DNA of 64,000 nucleotides from Escherichia coli (GTDB lineage Bacteria; Pseudomonadota; Gammaproteobacteria; Enterobacterales; Enterobacteriaceae): NCBI RefSeq assembly GCF_041886205.1, contig NZ_CP169029.1; one strand, 5' to 3'. Shown piece by piece: positions 38,630 to 49,126 of this stretch (position 1 is its first letter; each line of letters starts with the position of its first letter). The notes under the pieces were generated by a model. It saw only the letters and a program-made list of their open reading frames with translations, ran no database searches and was not told where the DNA came from. The position numbers and the translations under genes were made by a program.

Positions 38630-40170
38630 TGTCGCGCAATCTTCGTCATTGGGTGATTTCGTTGTTTATTGTGCTGGCCTGGGGAACCGGCTGGCTGATG
38701 CTGTGGACGCTCAGCTTTTATCTGACCAATAACGGTCAACAGGCGGCGCTGTTTCTGCCGCACGGGGTTTATCTCGCCCTTCTTATTTTGCTTGCACGCC
38801 GCTACTGGCCTGCGCTGGTGCTCCCCCCTTTGCTGATGATGTTCTGGCTCCATAGCGAACAGCTATTGAACGGTTATATCATGCTGGCAACGCCGGTTAT
38901 TAGCCTGTTTCCTGCCATCCTTGCGCAAAACGTCTGGCACCGTTTTCCACTTTACTGGCAGCGTCTGACGTTACTGTTAGCCACGGTCACAACAGCTTCA
39001 TTGCTGAATACCGCCCTGCTCTCCCCTTTTATGTCAGGCCCAATAATGCTGCCGGGTTTGACCTCATTTACCGGCGGCGTATTACTGACGCCGTTTGTCT
39101 ATCTCATCTTTGAGTTTCTGCGCCAGCAGCATCGCTACCAGCTCCTGGGACTCGATACGCATAATCCCCCCTTGCGTACCTCTTTAATCATCTGGTGTAG
39201 CCTGTTTTTTATTATTGGTATCGGCACTCAGATAGTGCTGTCACCTGAAATTGAACGTCTGCTGTTGATCGTAGTTTTTCTACCCAACGTGGTGATGGCA
39301 TGGAAATTTGGCTGGCAAGGTGGCGTACTCTCCGGGCTTTTGGGCAGCATGATGATCACCATCGCCCGCCAGATTGGCGTGGGCTTTAGTAACCTGGTGG
39401 AGCTGGAGATTTTCCTCGCGACCCAGGCCTTGCTGGGAATTGGCCTGGGCATTGCCATCAGTCGCCAGCAACATCTGGCGCTAAACCTGCACCATTACCG
39501 ACAACGGCTGGAGGCCGAGCTGGCAGCGCGGCGAGCATTGGCGGAAAAGCTGATCCACACCGAGGAGGACACGCGAAAAAACCTGGCGCGAGAGCTGCAC
39601 GACGAAATCGGTCAGAACATCACCGCCATTCAGATCCAGTCGCAACTGGTGAAGCGGGCGCGTGATCCGGCGCAAATTCAATCCGCAGCCAGCCAAATCA
39701 ATGAGCTCGCCCGCCGCATTCATCTCTCCACCCGCCAGTTGCTGCGCCAGTTGCGGCCTCCCGCGCTTGATGAACTGACATTTCGCGAAGCGTTGTTGCA
39801 TCTGATTAATGAATTTGCCTTTAGTGAACGCGGCATTCATTGCCAGTTTGCCTATCAACTGAACTCCACACCAGAAAACGAAACGGTGCGCTTTACCTTG
39901 TATCGGTTATTGCAGGAGTTGCTCAATAACATCTGTAAACACGCCGAAGCCAGCGAAGTGACGATTATCCTGCGCCAGCAGAGAGAGGTATTGCATCTGG
40001 AAGTCAGCGACAACGGTGTGGGGATCGCCAGCGGGAAAATGGCCGGATTTGGCATTCAGGGGATGCGTGAGCGCGTCAGCGCCCTGGGCGGCGACTTAAC
40101 GCTCGAAAAACAGCACGGCACGCGGGTAATTGTTAACTTGCCCACATTTTTGCAACAAATCGCCGGATAA
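38629..40170 (+). CDS. UhpB-like sensor histidine kinase
   Basis: N-terminal multi-TM (MASE1-like) domain and C-terminal HisKA_3 H-box (ARELHDEIGQ) plus ATPase domain; start overlaps the regulator stop. Confidence 0.85.
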   Translation: MSRNLRHWVISLFIVLAWGTGWLMLWTLSFYLTNNGQQAALFLPHGVYLALLILLARRYWPALVLPPLLMMFWLHSEQLLNGYIMLATPVISLFPAILAQNVWHRFPLYWQRLTLLLATVTTASLLNTALLSPFMSGPIMLPGLTSFTGGVLLTPFVYLIFEFLRQQHRYQLLGLDTHNPPLRTSLIIWCSLFFIIGIGTQIVLSPEIERLLLIVVFLPNVVMAWKFGWQGGVLSGLLGSMMITIARQIGVGFSNLVELEIFLATQALLGIGLGIAISRQQHLALNLHHYRQRLEAELAARRALAEKLIHTEEDTRKNLARELHDEIGQNITAIQIQSQLVKRARDPAQIQSAASQINELARRIHLSTRQLLRQLRPPALDELTFREALLHLINEFAFSERGIHCQFAYQLNSTPENETVRFTLYRLLQELLNNICKHAEASEVTIILRQQREVLHLEVSDNGVGIASGKMAGFGIQGMRERVSALGGDLTLEKQHGTRVIVNLPTFLQQIAG

Positions 40171-40242
40171 CCAGGAAAAAGTCTTAGGTATCCCGGATTT
40201 TCTCTCATCCCCTTTCACTTTCATTTTCATATAGTCAGCAAC

Positions 40243-41559
40243 ATGGAGACAACCATGCACGCGCGTTCAGCGAGAGAAATTAATCAATGCTACCGGACAT
40301 TACGTCCGCGATTGCTGATGTGCATGATTATTGGCTACGCCGCATTTTATCTGACGCGAAAAAGCGTGAATTACGTCCTTCCGGCGCTACAAACCGACCC
40401 CGGACTGGATAAAGGCGACATTGGCCTGCTGGGTTCGCTGTTTTATCTCAGCTACGGATTGTCGAAATTTACCGCCGGACTGTGGCATGACAGCCACGGA
40501 CAACGCGGTTTTATGGGCGTCGGCTTGTTCGCCACCGGGTTATTGAACGTGGTGTTTGCCTTTGGCGAATCACTTACGCTTCTGCTTGTGGTCTGGACAC
40601 TGAACGGTTTTTTTCAGGGCTGGGGATGGCCACCGTGTGCCCGCTTGCTGACCCACTGGTACTCACGCAATGAGCGCGGTTTCTGGTGGGGCTGCTGGAA
40701 TATGTCGATCAACATTGGCGGAGCGATTATTCCGCTGATTAGCGCCTTTGCCGCCCACTGGTGGGGCTGGCAGGCCGCGATGCTGACACCGGGGATAATC
40801 AGCATGGCATTAGGGATCTGGTTAACGCTACAACTCAAAGGCACGCCCCAGGAAGAGGGATTACCGACAGTTGGTCACTGGCGTCACGATCCGCTGGAGT
40901 TACGTCAGGAACAACAAAGTCCGCCGATGGGGCTGTGGCAAATATTGCGCACCACCATGCTGCAAAATCCGCTGATCTGGCTACTGGGCGTCTCTTATGT
41001 ACTGGTTTATGTGATCCGGATTGCGCTTAACGACTGGGGCAATATCTGGCTGACGGAAAGCCACGGCGTCAACCTGCTCAGCGCCAACGCCACGGTAATG
41101 CTGTTTGAAGTGGGCGGCTTACTCGGCGCGTTATTTGCCGGATGGGGTTCGGATTTGCTGTTTAGCGGGCAGCGAGCGCCAATGATTTTGCTGTTCACGC
41201 TGGGGTTGATGGTGTCGGTCGCTGCACTGTGGCTGGCACCGGTTCATCACTACGCGCTTCTGGCAGTGTGCTTTTTTACCGTGGGCTTTTTTGTCTTTGG
41301 CCCGCAAATGCTGATTGGACTTGCGGCGGTGGAGTGTGGGCACAAAGCTGCGGCGGGTTCAATCACCGGATTTCTCGGCCTGTTCGCGTACCTTGGCGCG
41401 GCGCTGGCAGGCTGGCCGCTGTCGCTGATCATCGAACGCTACGGCTGGCCGGGAATGTTCAGTTTACTCTCGGTCGCCGCAGTACTTATGGGTTTACTGC
41501 TGATGCCGTTACTGATGGCGGGCATCACCACCACTCACGCTCGAAGGATAAAACAATGA
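40243..41559 (+). CDS. UhpC-like MFS membrane sensor/transporter
   Basis: 438 aa MFS with strong similarity to UhpC (FYLTRKS, WGWPPCARLLTHWYSRNERG, FGPQMLIG). Confidence 0.85.
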   Translation: METTMHARSAREINQCYRTLRPRLLMCMIIGYAAFYLTRKSVNYVLPALQTDPGLDKGDIGLLGSLFYLSYGLSKFTAGLWHDSHGQRGFMGVGLFATGLLNVVFAFGESLTLLLVVWTLNGFFQGWGWPPCARLLTHWYSRNERGFWWGCWNMSINIGGAIIPLISAFAAHWWGWQAAMLTPGIISMALGIWLTLQLKGTPQEEGLPTVGHWRHDPLELRQEQQSPPMGLWQILRTTMLQNPLIWLLGVSYVLVYVIRIALNDWGNIWLTESHGVNLLSANATVMLFEVGGLLGALFAGWGSDLLFSGQRAPMILLFTLGLMVSVAALWLAPVHHYALLAVCFFTVGFFVFGPQMLIGLAAVECGHKAAAGSITGFLGLFAYLGAALAGWPLSLIIERYGWPGMFSLLSVAAVLMGLLLMPLLMAGITTTHARRIKQ

Positions 41560-42587
41560 AAATGACCTTTACCTCTACTCTGATTGCTTCTGCCGTTGCG
41601 CTGGCGACTTTAACGGGTGCCGCGCAGGCGAAAGGCCGGCTGGTGGTCTATTGCAGCGCCACCAATGAAATGTGTGAAGCTGAAACCAAAGCGTTTGGCG
41701 AGAAATATGATGTAAAAACCTCGTTTATCCGCAACGGCTCCGGTAGCACCCTGGCAAAAGTCGATGCTGAAAAGAAAAACCCCCAGGCTGACGTCTGGTA
41801 CGGCGGCACTTTAGACCCGCAGTCGCAGGCCGGCGAGATGGGCCTGTTACAGGCATATAAATCGCCTAACCTTGAGCAGATCAGAAAACAATTCCGCGAT
41901 CCGGCAAAAGTGAAGGGAAACCTGTCCTCCGCCGTTTATGTGGGGATCCTCGGGTTTGGCGTCAACACCGAGCGTCTGAAAGAGAAAAACCTGCCTGTGC
42001 CGAAGTGCTGGAAAGATCTCACCAAACCTGAATATAAAGGTGAAATTCAGATTGCCGATCCACAAAGTTCCGGTACCGCCTACACCGCGCTGGCTACCTT
42101 TGCGCAACTGTGGGGGGAAGAGCAGGCCTTTGATTATCTCAAACAACTGAACGCCAATATCTCCCAGTACACCAAATCAGGCATTGCCCCGGCACGTAAC
42201 GCCGCCCGTGGCGAAACGGCGATTGGTATTGGTTTCCTGCATGACTACTCGCTGGAAAAAGAACAGGGCGCACCACTGGAGTTGATTTCCCCGTGTGAAG
42301 GTACGGGCTACGAAATTGGCGGCGTCAGCATTCTGAAAGGTGCGCGCAACCCCGACAACGCCAGACTGTTCGTGGACTGGGTATTATCAAAAGAAGCTCA
42401 GGAACTGGCGTGGAAGAAAGGGAAATCTTATCAGATCCTGACCAACACCACCGCCGAAACGTCGCCAAATTCGCTGAAGCTTGACGATCTGAAATTAATC
42501 AACTACGACATGGACAAATATGGTTCCACGGATGTTCGTAAGGCATTGATTAATAAATGGGTCAGCGAAGTGAAAATGGGTAAATAA
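41556..42587 (+). CDS. afuA: AfuA-like periplasmic substrate-binding protein (FbpA/AfuA family)
   Basis: Start at MKMTFTS (ATG 41556, ATGA overlap with upstream stop); signal peptide; ORF-track N-terminal extension rejected. Confidence 0.8.
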   Translation: MKMTFTSTLIASAVALATLTGAAQAKGRLVVYCSATNEMCEAETKAFGEKYDVKTSFIRNGSGSTLAKVDAEKKNPQADVWYGGTLDPQSQAGEMGLLQAYKSPNLEQIRKQFRDPAKVKGNLSSAVYVGILGFGVNTERLKEKNLPVPKCWKDLTKPEYKGEIQIADPQSSGTAYTALATFAQLWGEEQAFDYLKQLNANISQYTKSGIAPARNAARGETAIGIGFLHDYSLEKEQGAPLELISPCEGTGYEIGGVSILKGARNPDNARLFVDWVLSKEAQELAWKKGKSYQILTNTTAETSPNSLKLDDLKLINYDMDKYGSTDVRKALINKWVSEVKMGK

Positions 42588-42654
42588 ACCAGCATTATTT
42601 GTACTTACCGGGGCAGCACAGACGCCTGCCCCGGTCAACCATACCGGAGCTGCT

Positions 42655-44733
42655 ATGTCACAGACACTTGCACTCCATCCCGTGAAAAAGCGGGATGCGA
42701 TTTTCCTTTGGGTTTTGCTGGGCTGGCTGGCATTTATCCTGTTGCCGAGCTGGAGCCTCGATTATGGCCTGCTGGAGTCCACGAGTGATGAGATCCTCGA
42801 GGCTTATGGCTGGTCGCATTTTAATATCAGCTGGCTGTGGTATTTGTTACCGAGTCTGTTGCTGGTTCGCCCGTTTCGTGAGGCCACACGCGAACAGCGT
42901 AGTCGTCATTATTTTGATGCCGGCTGGGCATTGCTCTGTATGGCGTTTATTGTCATCAGCGCCACCGTGGCTGGACGCGGCTTAGGCTACGCCGCCATTG
43001 TGCTGTTTGTTGAACTAGGCGCGATTATGACGCTGGCCTTAACCCGCCTCGAATGGCTGGGCGGCGACCGCTTTGTGATCGGCTCACTGATTGCGATTGT
43101 GGCGCTGATTGGCATTTTTATCGTCTGGCCGAGCATCGCCATTTTTATCCCGATGTTCACCAACGACGCGGGAGAGTTCGCCCCGCTGGCGTTTATGAAC
43201 GTGCTCTCGCAGGCACATATTGTGCAGGTGATCGTCAACTCTATCGTCTTATCGATAGCGGTGGGTATTGGCTGTACTTTCTTCGGTCTGGTGCTGGCGA
43301 TTTATACCACACGCATCGCCAAACGCAGCGCTATTATTGGCCGCATCTTTTCCATTCTGCCCATCGTTACGCCACCGTTTGTGGTCGGCTTAGGCGTGAC
43401 GCTCATGATGGGGCGCTCCGGTTACATAACGGAGTTTATGGTTGAGTGGTTTGGGCTAACCAACACCAACTGGCTGTATGGTTTTACCGGGATCTGGCTG
43501 GCGCAGGTTCTGGCATTCACGCCAATGGCTTTTATGATCCTCGACGGGGCCATTAAAACCATTCATCCCTCGCTGGAAGAGGCTTCTTACACCCTGCGCG
43601 CCAGCCGCTGGCAAACCTTTAACGGCGTGTTTGTGCCGTTGTTAAAGCCCGCGCTCGCCAATGCCTTTTTAATCGTTGTGGTGCAGTCACTGGCTGACTT
43701 CAGTAACCCGCTGGTGCTTGGCGGCAACTTCGACGTACTGGCGACGCAAATTTACTTCTACATTACCGGCTCGCAGCTGGATTATCAGGCTGCCAGCACC
43801 CTTGGCGCTTTCCTGCTGCTGTTCTCGCTACTGGTGTTCTGCGTCCAGTATATGTGGATTGGTAAACGCTCTTACGTCACGGTTTCCGGGAAGTCCTACC
43901 GCGGCGATGTCCAGCCACTACCGGTCACCCTGGTGTGGAGCGTGGTCGCCATACTTGCGATATGGATTGCCTTTAACGCCCTGCTCTATGGCAGCATTTT
44001 CTACGGCAGCTTCACCGTGAACTGGGGCGTGGACTACACCCTGACGCTGGATAACTTTATCAAGTTATTTGGTCAGGGGATGAGCGACGGCGCCTGGCCT
44101 TCACTGCTGGATACCCTGCTCTACGCCGGGATTGCCGCCCCCATTACCGCTATCTTTGGTCTGCTCATCGCCTGGGTAGTGGTGCGTCAACAATTCAAAG
44201 GCAAAAAGACCATCGAGTTCACCACCATGCTGTGCTTTGCCGTACCGGGTACGGTGGCGGGCGTTTCGTATATTCTCGCCTTTAATAGCGCCCCAGTCTA
44301 TCTCACCGGAACGGCGACAATTGTCATTATCTCGATGGTGATGCGTAACGTTCCGGTGGGTATTCGCGCCGGGATTGCGGGCCTGGGGCAGATCGACAAA
44401 TCGCTGGATGAAGCCTCACTCAGCCTGCGCGCGGGTTCATTGCGAACCATTACGCACATTTTGCTGCCGTTGCTGCGCCCGGCCATTCTCTCGGCCCTGA
44501 TTTACAGCTTTGTGCGGGCTATCACGACGGTCAGCGCCATCGTCTTTCTCGTCACGCCGGACACCCGCGTGGCAACCGCCTACATCCTTAACCGCGTAGA
44601 AGACGGCGAATATGGCGTAGCCATCGCCTACGGTTCGATTCTGATCGTGGTGATGCTGGCGATTATTTTCCTCTTTGACTGGCTGATCGGAGAAGCACGT
44701 ATTTCCCGTTCTAAAGCCAAAAACCAGGCGTAA
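42655..44733 (+). CDS. afuB: AfuB-like ABC permease (fused double-domain)
   Basis: 692 aa with two tandem permease halves, as in FbpB/AfuB. Confidence 0.8.
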   Translation: MSQTLALHPVKKRDAIFLWVLLGWLAFILLPSWSLDYGLLESTSDEILEAYGWSHFNISWLWYLLPSLLLVRPFREATREQRSRHYFDAGWALLCMAFIVISATVAGRGLGYAAIVLFVELGAIMTLALTRLEWLGGDRFVIGSLIAIVALIGIFIVWPSIAIFIPMFTNDAGEFAPLAFMNVLSQAHIVQVIVNSIVLSIAVGIGCTFFGLVLAIYTTRIAKRSAIIGRIFSILPIVTPPFVVGLGVTLMMGRSGYITEFMVEWFGLTNTNWLYGFTGIWLAQVLAFTPMAFMILDGAIKTIHPSLEEASYTLRASRWQTFNGVFVPLLKPALANAFLIVVVQSLADFSNPLVLGGNFDVLATQIYFYITGSQLDYQAASTLGAFLLLFSLLVFCVQYMWIGKRSYVTVSGKSYRGDVQPLPVTLVWSVVAILAIWIAFNALLYGSIFYGSFTVNWGVDYTLTLDNFIKLFGQGMSDGAWPSLLDTLLYAGIAAPITAIFGLLIAWVVVRQQFKGKKTIEFTTMLCFAVPGTVAGVSYILAFNSAPVYLTGTATIVIISMVMRNVPVGIRAGIAGLGQIDKSLDEASLSLRAGSLRTITHILLPLLRPAILSALIYSFVRAITTVSAIVFLVTPDTRVATAYILNRVEDGEYGVAIAYGSILIVVMLAIIFLFDWLIGEARISRSKAKNQA

Positions 44734-45791
44734 TGGAGCGCACTATGAGTCAGAAAAATTTTGTGGAACTGCGCAACGTCACTAAACGATTCGGCAGTAA
44801 TACGGTTATCGACAATATCAATCTCACCATCCCACAAGGGCAAATGGTGACGCTGCTCGGTCCTTCCGGATGCGGCAAAACCACCATTCTGCGTCTGGTT
44901 GCCGGGCTGGAAAAACCGGGCGAAGGGCAAATTTTTATAGACGGCGAAGATGTCACGCATCGTTCCATTCAGCAACGCGATATCTGCATGGTGTTTCAGT
45001 CATACGCTCTGTTCCCACATATGTCGCTGGGTGAAAACGTTGGCTACGGGCTGAAGATGCTTGGCGTGTCGCGTAGTGAAGTGAAGCAACGGGTGAAAAA
45101 GGCGCTGGCAATGGTGGATCTGGAAGGCTTCGAGGACCGCTATGTCGATCAGATTTCCGGTGGTCAGCAACAGCGTGTGGCACTGGCCCGCGCGTTGATC
45201 CTCAAGCCTAAAGTGCTGCTGTTTGATGAGCCGTTAAGTAACCTCGATGCCAACCTGCGTCGCAGCATGCGCGATAAAATCCGCGAGCTGCAAAAGCAAT
45301 TTAACATCACTTCGCTCTATGTGACTCACGATCAAAGTGAAGCTTTCGCGGTGTCCGACACTGTGCTGGTGATGAACAAAGGTCACATCATGCAAATTGG
45401 CTCGCCGCAGGATCTCTATCGTCAGCCCGCCTCCCGCTTTATGGCAAGTTTTATGGGCGACGCCAACCTGTTCCCAGCGAACTTTCGCGAAGAGTATGTC
45501 GATATCTACGGTTATCGCCTGCCGCGCGCGGCGCATTTCCCGGCGCAAGGTAGCGGCACCGTCGGCGTTCGCCCGGAAGCCATCACCTTAAGCAATCACG
45601 GCGAAGAGAGTCAGCGTTGTGTTATACGCCATGTCGCCTACATGGGGCCGCAGTACGAAGTGACCGTAGAGTGGCATGGTCAGGAGATTTTATTACAAGT
45701 CAACGCCACCCGTTTACAGCCCGATATTGGTGAGCACTATTACCTTGAAATCCATCCTTACGGGATGTTTGTTTTAGCGGATGCAGCATAA
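44733..45791 (+). CDS. afuC: AfuC-like ABC ATPase
   Basis: Walker [10 protein letters not shown], signature LSGGQQQRV, Walker B LLFDEP, C-terminal TOBE-like domain; start overlaps afuB stop. Confidence 0.85.
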   Translation: MERTMSQKNFVELRNVTKRFGSNTVIDNINLTIPQGQMVTLLGPSGCGKTTILRLVAGLEKPGEGQIFIDGEDVTHRSIQQRDICMVFQSYALFPHMSLGENVGYGLKMLGVSRSEVKQRVKKALAMVDLEGFEDRYVDQISGGQQQRVALARALILKPKVLLFDEPLSNLDANLRRSMRDKIRELQKQFNITSLYVTHDQSEAFAVSDTVLVMNKGHIMQIGSPQDLYRQPASRFMASFMGDANLFPANFREEYVDIYGYRLPRAAHFPAQGSGTVGVRPEAITLSNHGEESQRCVIRHVAYMGPQYEVTVEWHGQEILLQVNATRLQPDIGEHYYLEIHPYGMFVLADAA

Positions 45792-46109
45792 ACATAGCGC
45801 ATAAACGGTCCCCTCTTACCCTGAGGGGACATCATCTGCTTACATTTCAGACATAATTATTTTCTGGTCCCCTGTTTTACAGAACAACATTTGGAAACAT
45901 TCTCAGGAAAATTACCAGCAATCATTCAGAAAAGTCATGATATAAATAAATCAATGGGGTATACCAGTATCAATATCGTACTCAAACTCATCAAATAGCT
46001 GTAATCAGATTATTTCTCTCCCACATTGTTGTACAACTCAACTTTAATAAAATTATTTTTGTTATAAAAAGCAGGAATATATCATTTATCAGTCATCGTC
46101 AGATATCAT

Positions 46110-46754
46110 TTACTTACCTGTATGATTGTTACTGTCAGGAAGAATAAGTTGCTGTGACTTAAGGCTGTCTGCAGGAACGTTCTTCTCTCCGTTAAAAACC
46201 ATAACGGGTTCATTATCTTCGTCTGTCAGCGGATTGAATGGCGGTATATTTTCAGTACGAATGCCGGTCAGCCACTGAAAAATACCTGCAAAATGACGGG
46301 CACTGATTTTTCTGCTGACGGACCGATGAGACATTATGTCACTGGCAGTAATAATCAGGGGAACGCTGTAGCCTCCTTGTATATGGCCATCATGATGAAC
46401 AGGATTAGCACTGTCGCTGACTGACAGTCCATGGTCAGAAAAGTAAAGCATGGCAAAATGACGGGAATGTCGGCGAAGGATACCATCAAGCTGCCCGAGA
46501 AAGTTATCCAGTTTACTGATGCTGGCGAGGTAACAGGCAATCTTCCGTGGGAACTGCTCCTGGTAATTATTCGGCCAGGAGTTAAGCCGGTCACACGGAT
46601 TCGGATGAGAACCCATCATGTGCAGGAAAATGACCTTCGGAGAGGATGTATCCGCCAGTGCACGTTCTGTTTCCTGTAACAACAGCATATCATCCGTTTT
46701 ACGGGAAGCAAAGCTGCCTTTCTTGAGGAAATGTAATGAACGCATCCCACTCAA
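46110..46754 (-). pseudogene. C-terminal fragment of an OpgE/EptA-family phosphoethanolamine transferase
   Basis: Sulfatase-domain segment similar to the C-terminal third of core OpgE (HxMGSHP...YFSDHG); the N-terminal membrane domain is missing. Confidence 0.65.
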
Positions 46755-47144
46755 TTAAACACGGAGCAGTATGATGGTTAACAGGGAGAAATTGGCAGGT
46801 GTGGAGCCTCGCAGATTTCCGGCACCATAGTGCCCAATACGGGATACAAAAAGTTCCCTCAGACTGGAGACTCCTCAAATGAAATATACACTGGTTGAGG
46901 TTGACACCAAAACATATCAAGGTTGAGCGGATGTGTCAGGAGGAAGGTAAAAATTCTGAAAAATAACGGGAGGGACGTGCTACCCTGATGCCTCCGTTGT
47001 ATTCTTTTACGCTGCCGGCGCCCGTATTTTGTGCGGGTATCGAACAGGATCACCGCATGAGCCATTGCTGAGACGCTCACTTTTTTTCGCATGCATTACA
47101 GGAGTGATGGCTCAGTCGGTGATTTTGTTGAGGTGAGAGCCGAT

Positions 47145-47333
47145 ATGGGAAAACGATATAAAATAACTGCGACAATAACCAAGCCTGGTCATACACCGGC
47201 TCAGTGGCAGCGTTACCAGAACGAAAAAATGACACACGCCGAATGTGAAAAACTGTTTGCGCCCGCAAAAGAGCCCGGACGGTATATCAGTGTCCGGGTA
47301 GAGGACTTCCGGTGTGAAGAGGTGAAGGCCTGA
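47145..47333 (+). CDS. Small hypothetical protein, copy A of a duplicated module (62 aa)
   Basis: MGKRYKITATITKP... paralogous to ORF at 51787; SD-like gaggtga upstream; conserved leader inverted repeat. Confidence 0.5.
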   Translation: MGKRYKITATITKPGHTPAQWQRYQNEKMTHAECEKLFAPAKEPGRYISVRVEDFRCEEVKA

Positions 47334-47665
47334 TATGAAAATAAAAAACCTCCGGTTGAGCCGGAGGTGGCAAGAATATATTCGAAGTCTGTATCTGTGT
47401 GAAGAATTTATTAATCTGTTTCTGTGGTTTAATCCACTGCTGATTTATCTAATATATGAGGTATAAAATCAACAGACAGCTTGTATTTTTGTGATCGATA
47501 TTGAAAAAAATAATGTTTTCCAGGATACATTGTTTTCAGTACCAATACCATAACGTACGAGAAAAATCAGTGACAGTCGGGCTGGAATGCCGGATAATAT
47601 TTCTGTCCGGTTTTTCGCCGGAGCATTGATGAAATCATTTCTCTTGCCATTGAGAACATTTCTCA

Positions 47666-47691
47666 GCCGGGCGTGAAAGCCCGGTTTTTTT
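47666..47691 (+). terminator. Intrinsic terminator with no adjacent annotated gene
   Basis: Stem gccgggc/gcccgg with loop gtgaaa followed by 7 T. Confidence 0.55.
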
Positions 47692-48803
47692 GCTATTCCC
47701 GACCGTAAATGTACAGTCATGTTACTATTATCTGTAATTAGTCCGGTTTTCCTTTAACAAAAGACGGACAGCGGGTGTTCACTGCGTGTTATATCAGAAA
47801 CCTTAATAATCTGTTACCGGTTCTGAAATGGTAGTGGTACGTGACGCCAGCAATCATCCACACGGAGGCTTCCTGTAAATATAAATAATGGTTTAATACA
47901 GCAACACTGCAGATGACTTCTGAACTGAAAACGGCTACATTACACCATTGAACATAGAATGAAAAGCCAGGTACACGCTCCGTTACACTAAACTGCCCCC
48001 AAGTTATATCAATATGTTCTATTTATAAGTAGAATTTTTTATAACGCAAAACAATATGTATTGCTGACAGGCCGAAAATAACTTCTGTTTATTTGACCTT
48101 AATCAAAATGCGAGAGCAAAATTATTACAATATATATTAAATAGAAAAGAGCGAGTCAAATGTTCAGTCAGGCTGAACACATAATATTAAAACTTTCTTT
48201 TTGTCATTGGTTACTATGTGCGGACGATCTCTGTATATTGCCAGCTACTGTGGGATATCTAAAGGAAAATGCCTGATAAAATATACCGGCAACTGAACTG
48301 AATTAAGCGTTATCCTGTATATATATCTTTTTATACCGTCCACCTGTCATGCAGGAATAATAGTGCGGGCTTGGTACTGTGCATTGTTCCGCATGCTCAT
48401 TACGGTATGCGATTTATATGGAATCCTGTTCCATGGGGCACTGAAGATTTTACTGGCAGATTCCCCTAACCTGCTGCGTTGTCAGCGCCAGTTTCATTAT
48501 TTGTCTTCCAACTATATATTACGGAGAACATGTTTCTGTGGTACTGATAAATGGTTTCAGTCTTTCCAATAACGAGTTTTATACTCCGGGGAGGGAGTTT
48601 GACTTCCATGGCTGTAACAGCTACCGGGATGGCATTTCAGACTATAAAGATTTTATTTTATATGTGAGGCACAAGGGCAAGCACCGATAATATAAATAAT
48701 TTAAATGTAAACAGATAATAAACAGGCCAATAATGTGATCAAAAGGCTTTATCAGATTCTGACATGGCATAGTATCTCATAATCAGGTAAAAAGGAGTGG
48801 CTG

Positions 48804-49089
48804 ATGAATAAGGCTTTCAACATTGTAAATCACACTGAAATGTCAGTAGTGATTTCAGAACTGAACAGAAAAAGAGGTCGATCTCCCAGACAGTTCAGAC
48901 GATCGGTGCTGGCAGGGTTGATTGCTGGTATTCTGCTGCCAGCAATGCCAGTTCTGGCGGAAGACTATAAAGATGTAGTTCTGGTTCCATGGTTCTGAAT
49001 GAAGGTGATACGGCAACAGGTACAACTATTAATAATAAAGGAAAGCAACACGTCAACAGTGGAAGTAGTGCCACCAATACCACTATAAA
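48804..49089 (+). pseudogene. N-terminal remnant of an autotransporter adhesin (Ag43/AIDA-like), frameshifted and truncated by IS66
   Basis: Extended autotransporter-type signal peptide (MNKAFNIVNHTEMSVVISELNRKRG...LPAMPVLA); next frame reads GDTATGTTINNKGKQHVNSGSSATNTTIK (passenger-like repeats); ends at the IS66 terminus. Confidence 0.6.
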
Positions 49090-49126
49090 GTAAGCGTACA
49101 GCGAGGGCCGTATTGACGGGGATGTG

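Noticed and set aside
41229..41555. 109-codon N-terminal extension of the afuA-like ORF in the ORF track
   Set aside because: It overlaps the 3' end of the uhpC-like gene in another frame; the binding-protein signal peptide begins at the internal ATG at 41556.
47340..48803. Ag43-like phase-variation switch (cluster of three GATC sites in an OxyR-binding region) upstream of the autotransporter remnant
   Set aside because: Only isolated GATC sites (for example near 47494, 48229, 48737) were seen, not the tight triplet expected.
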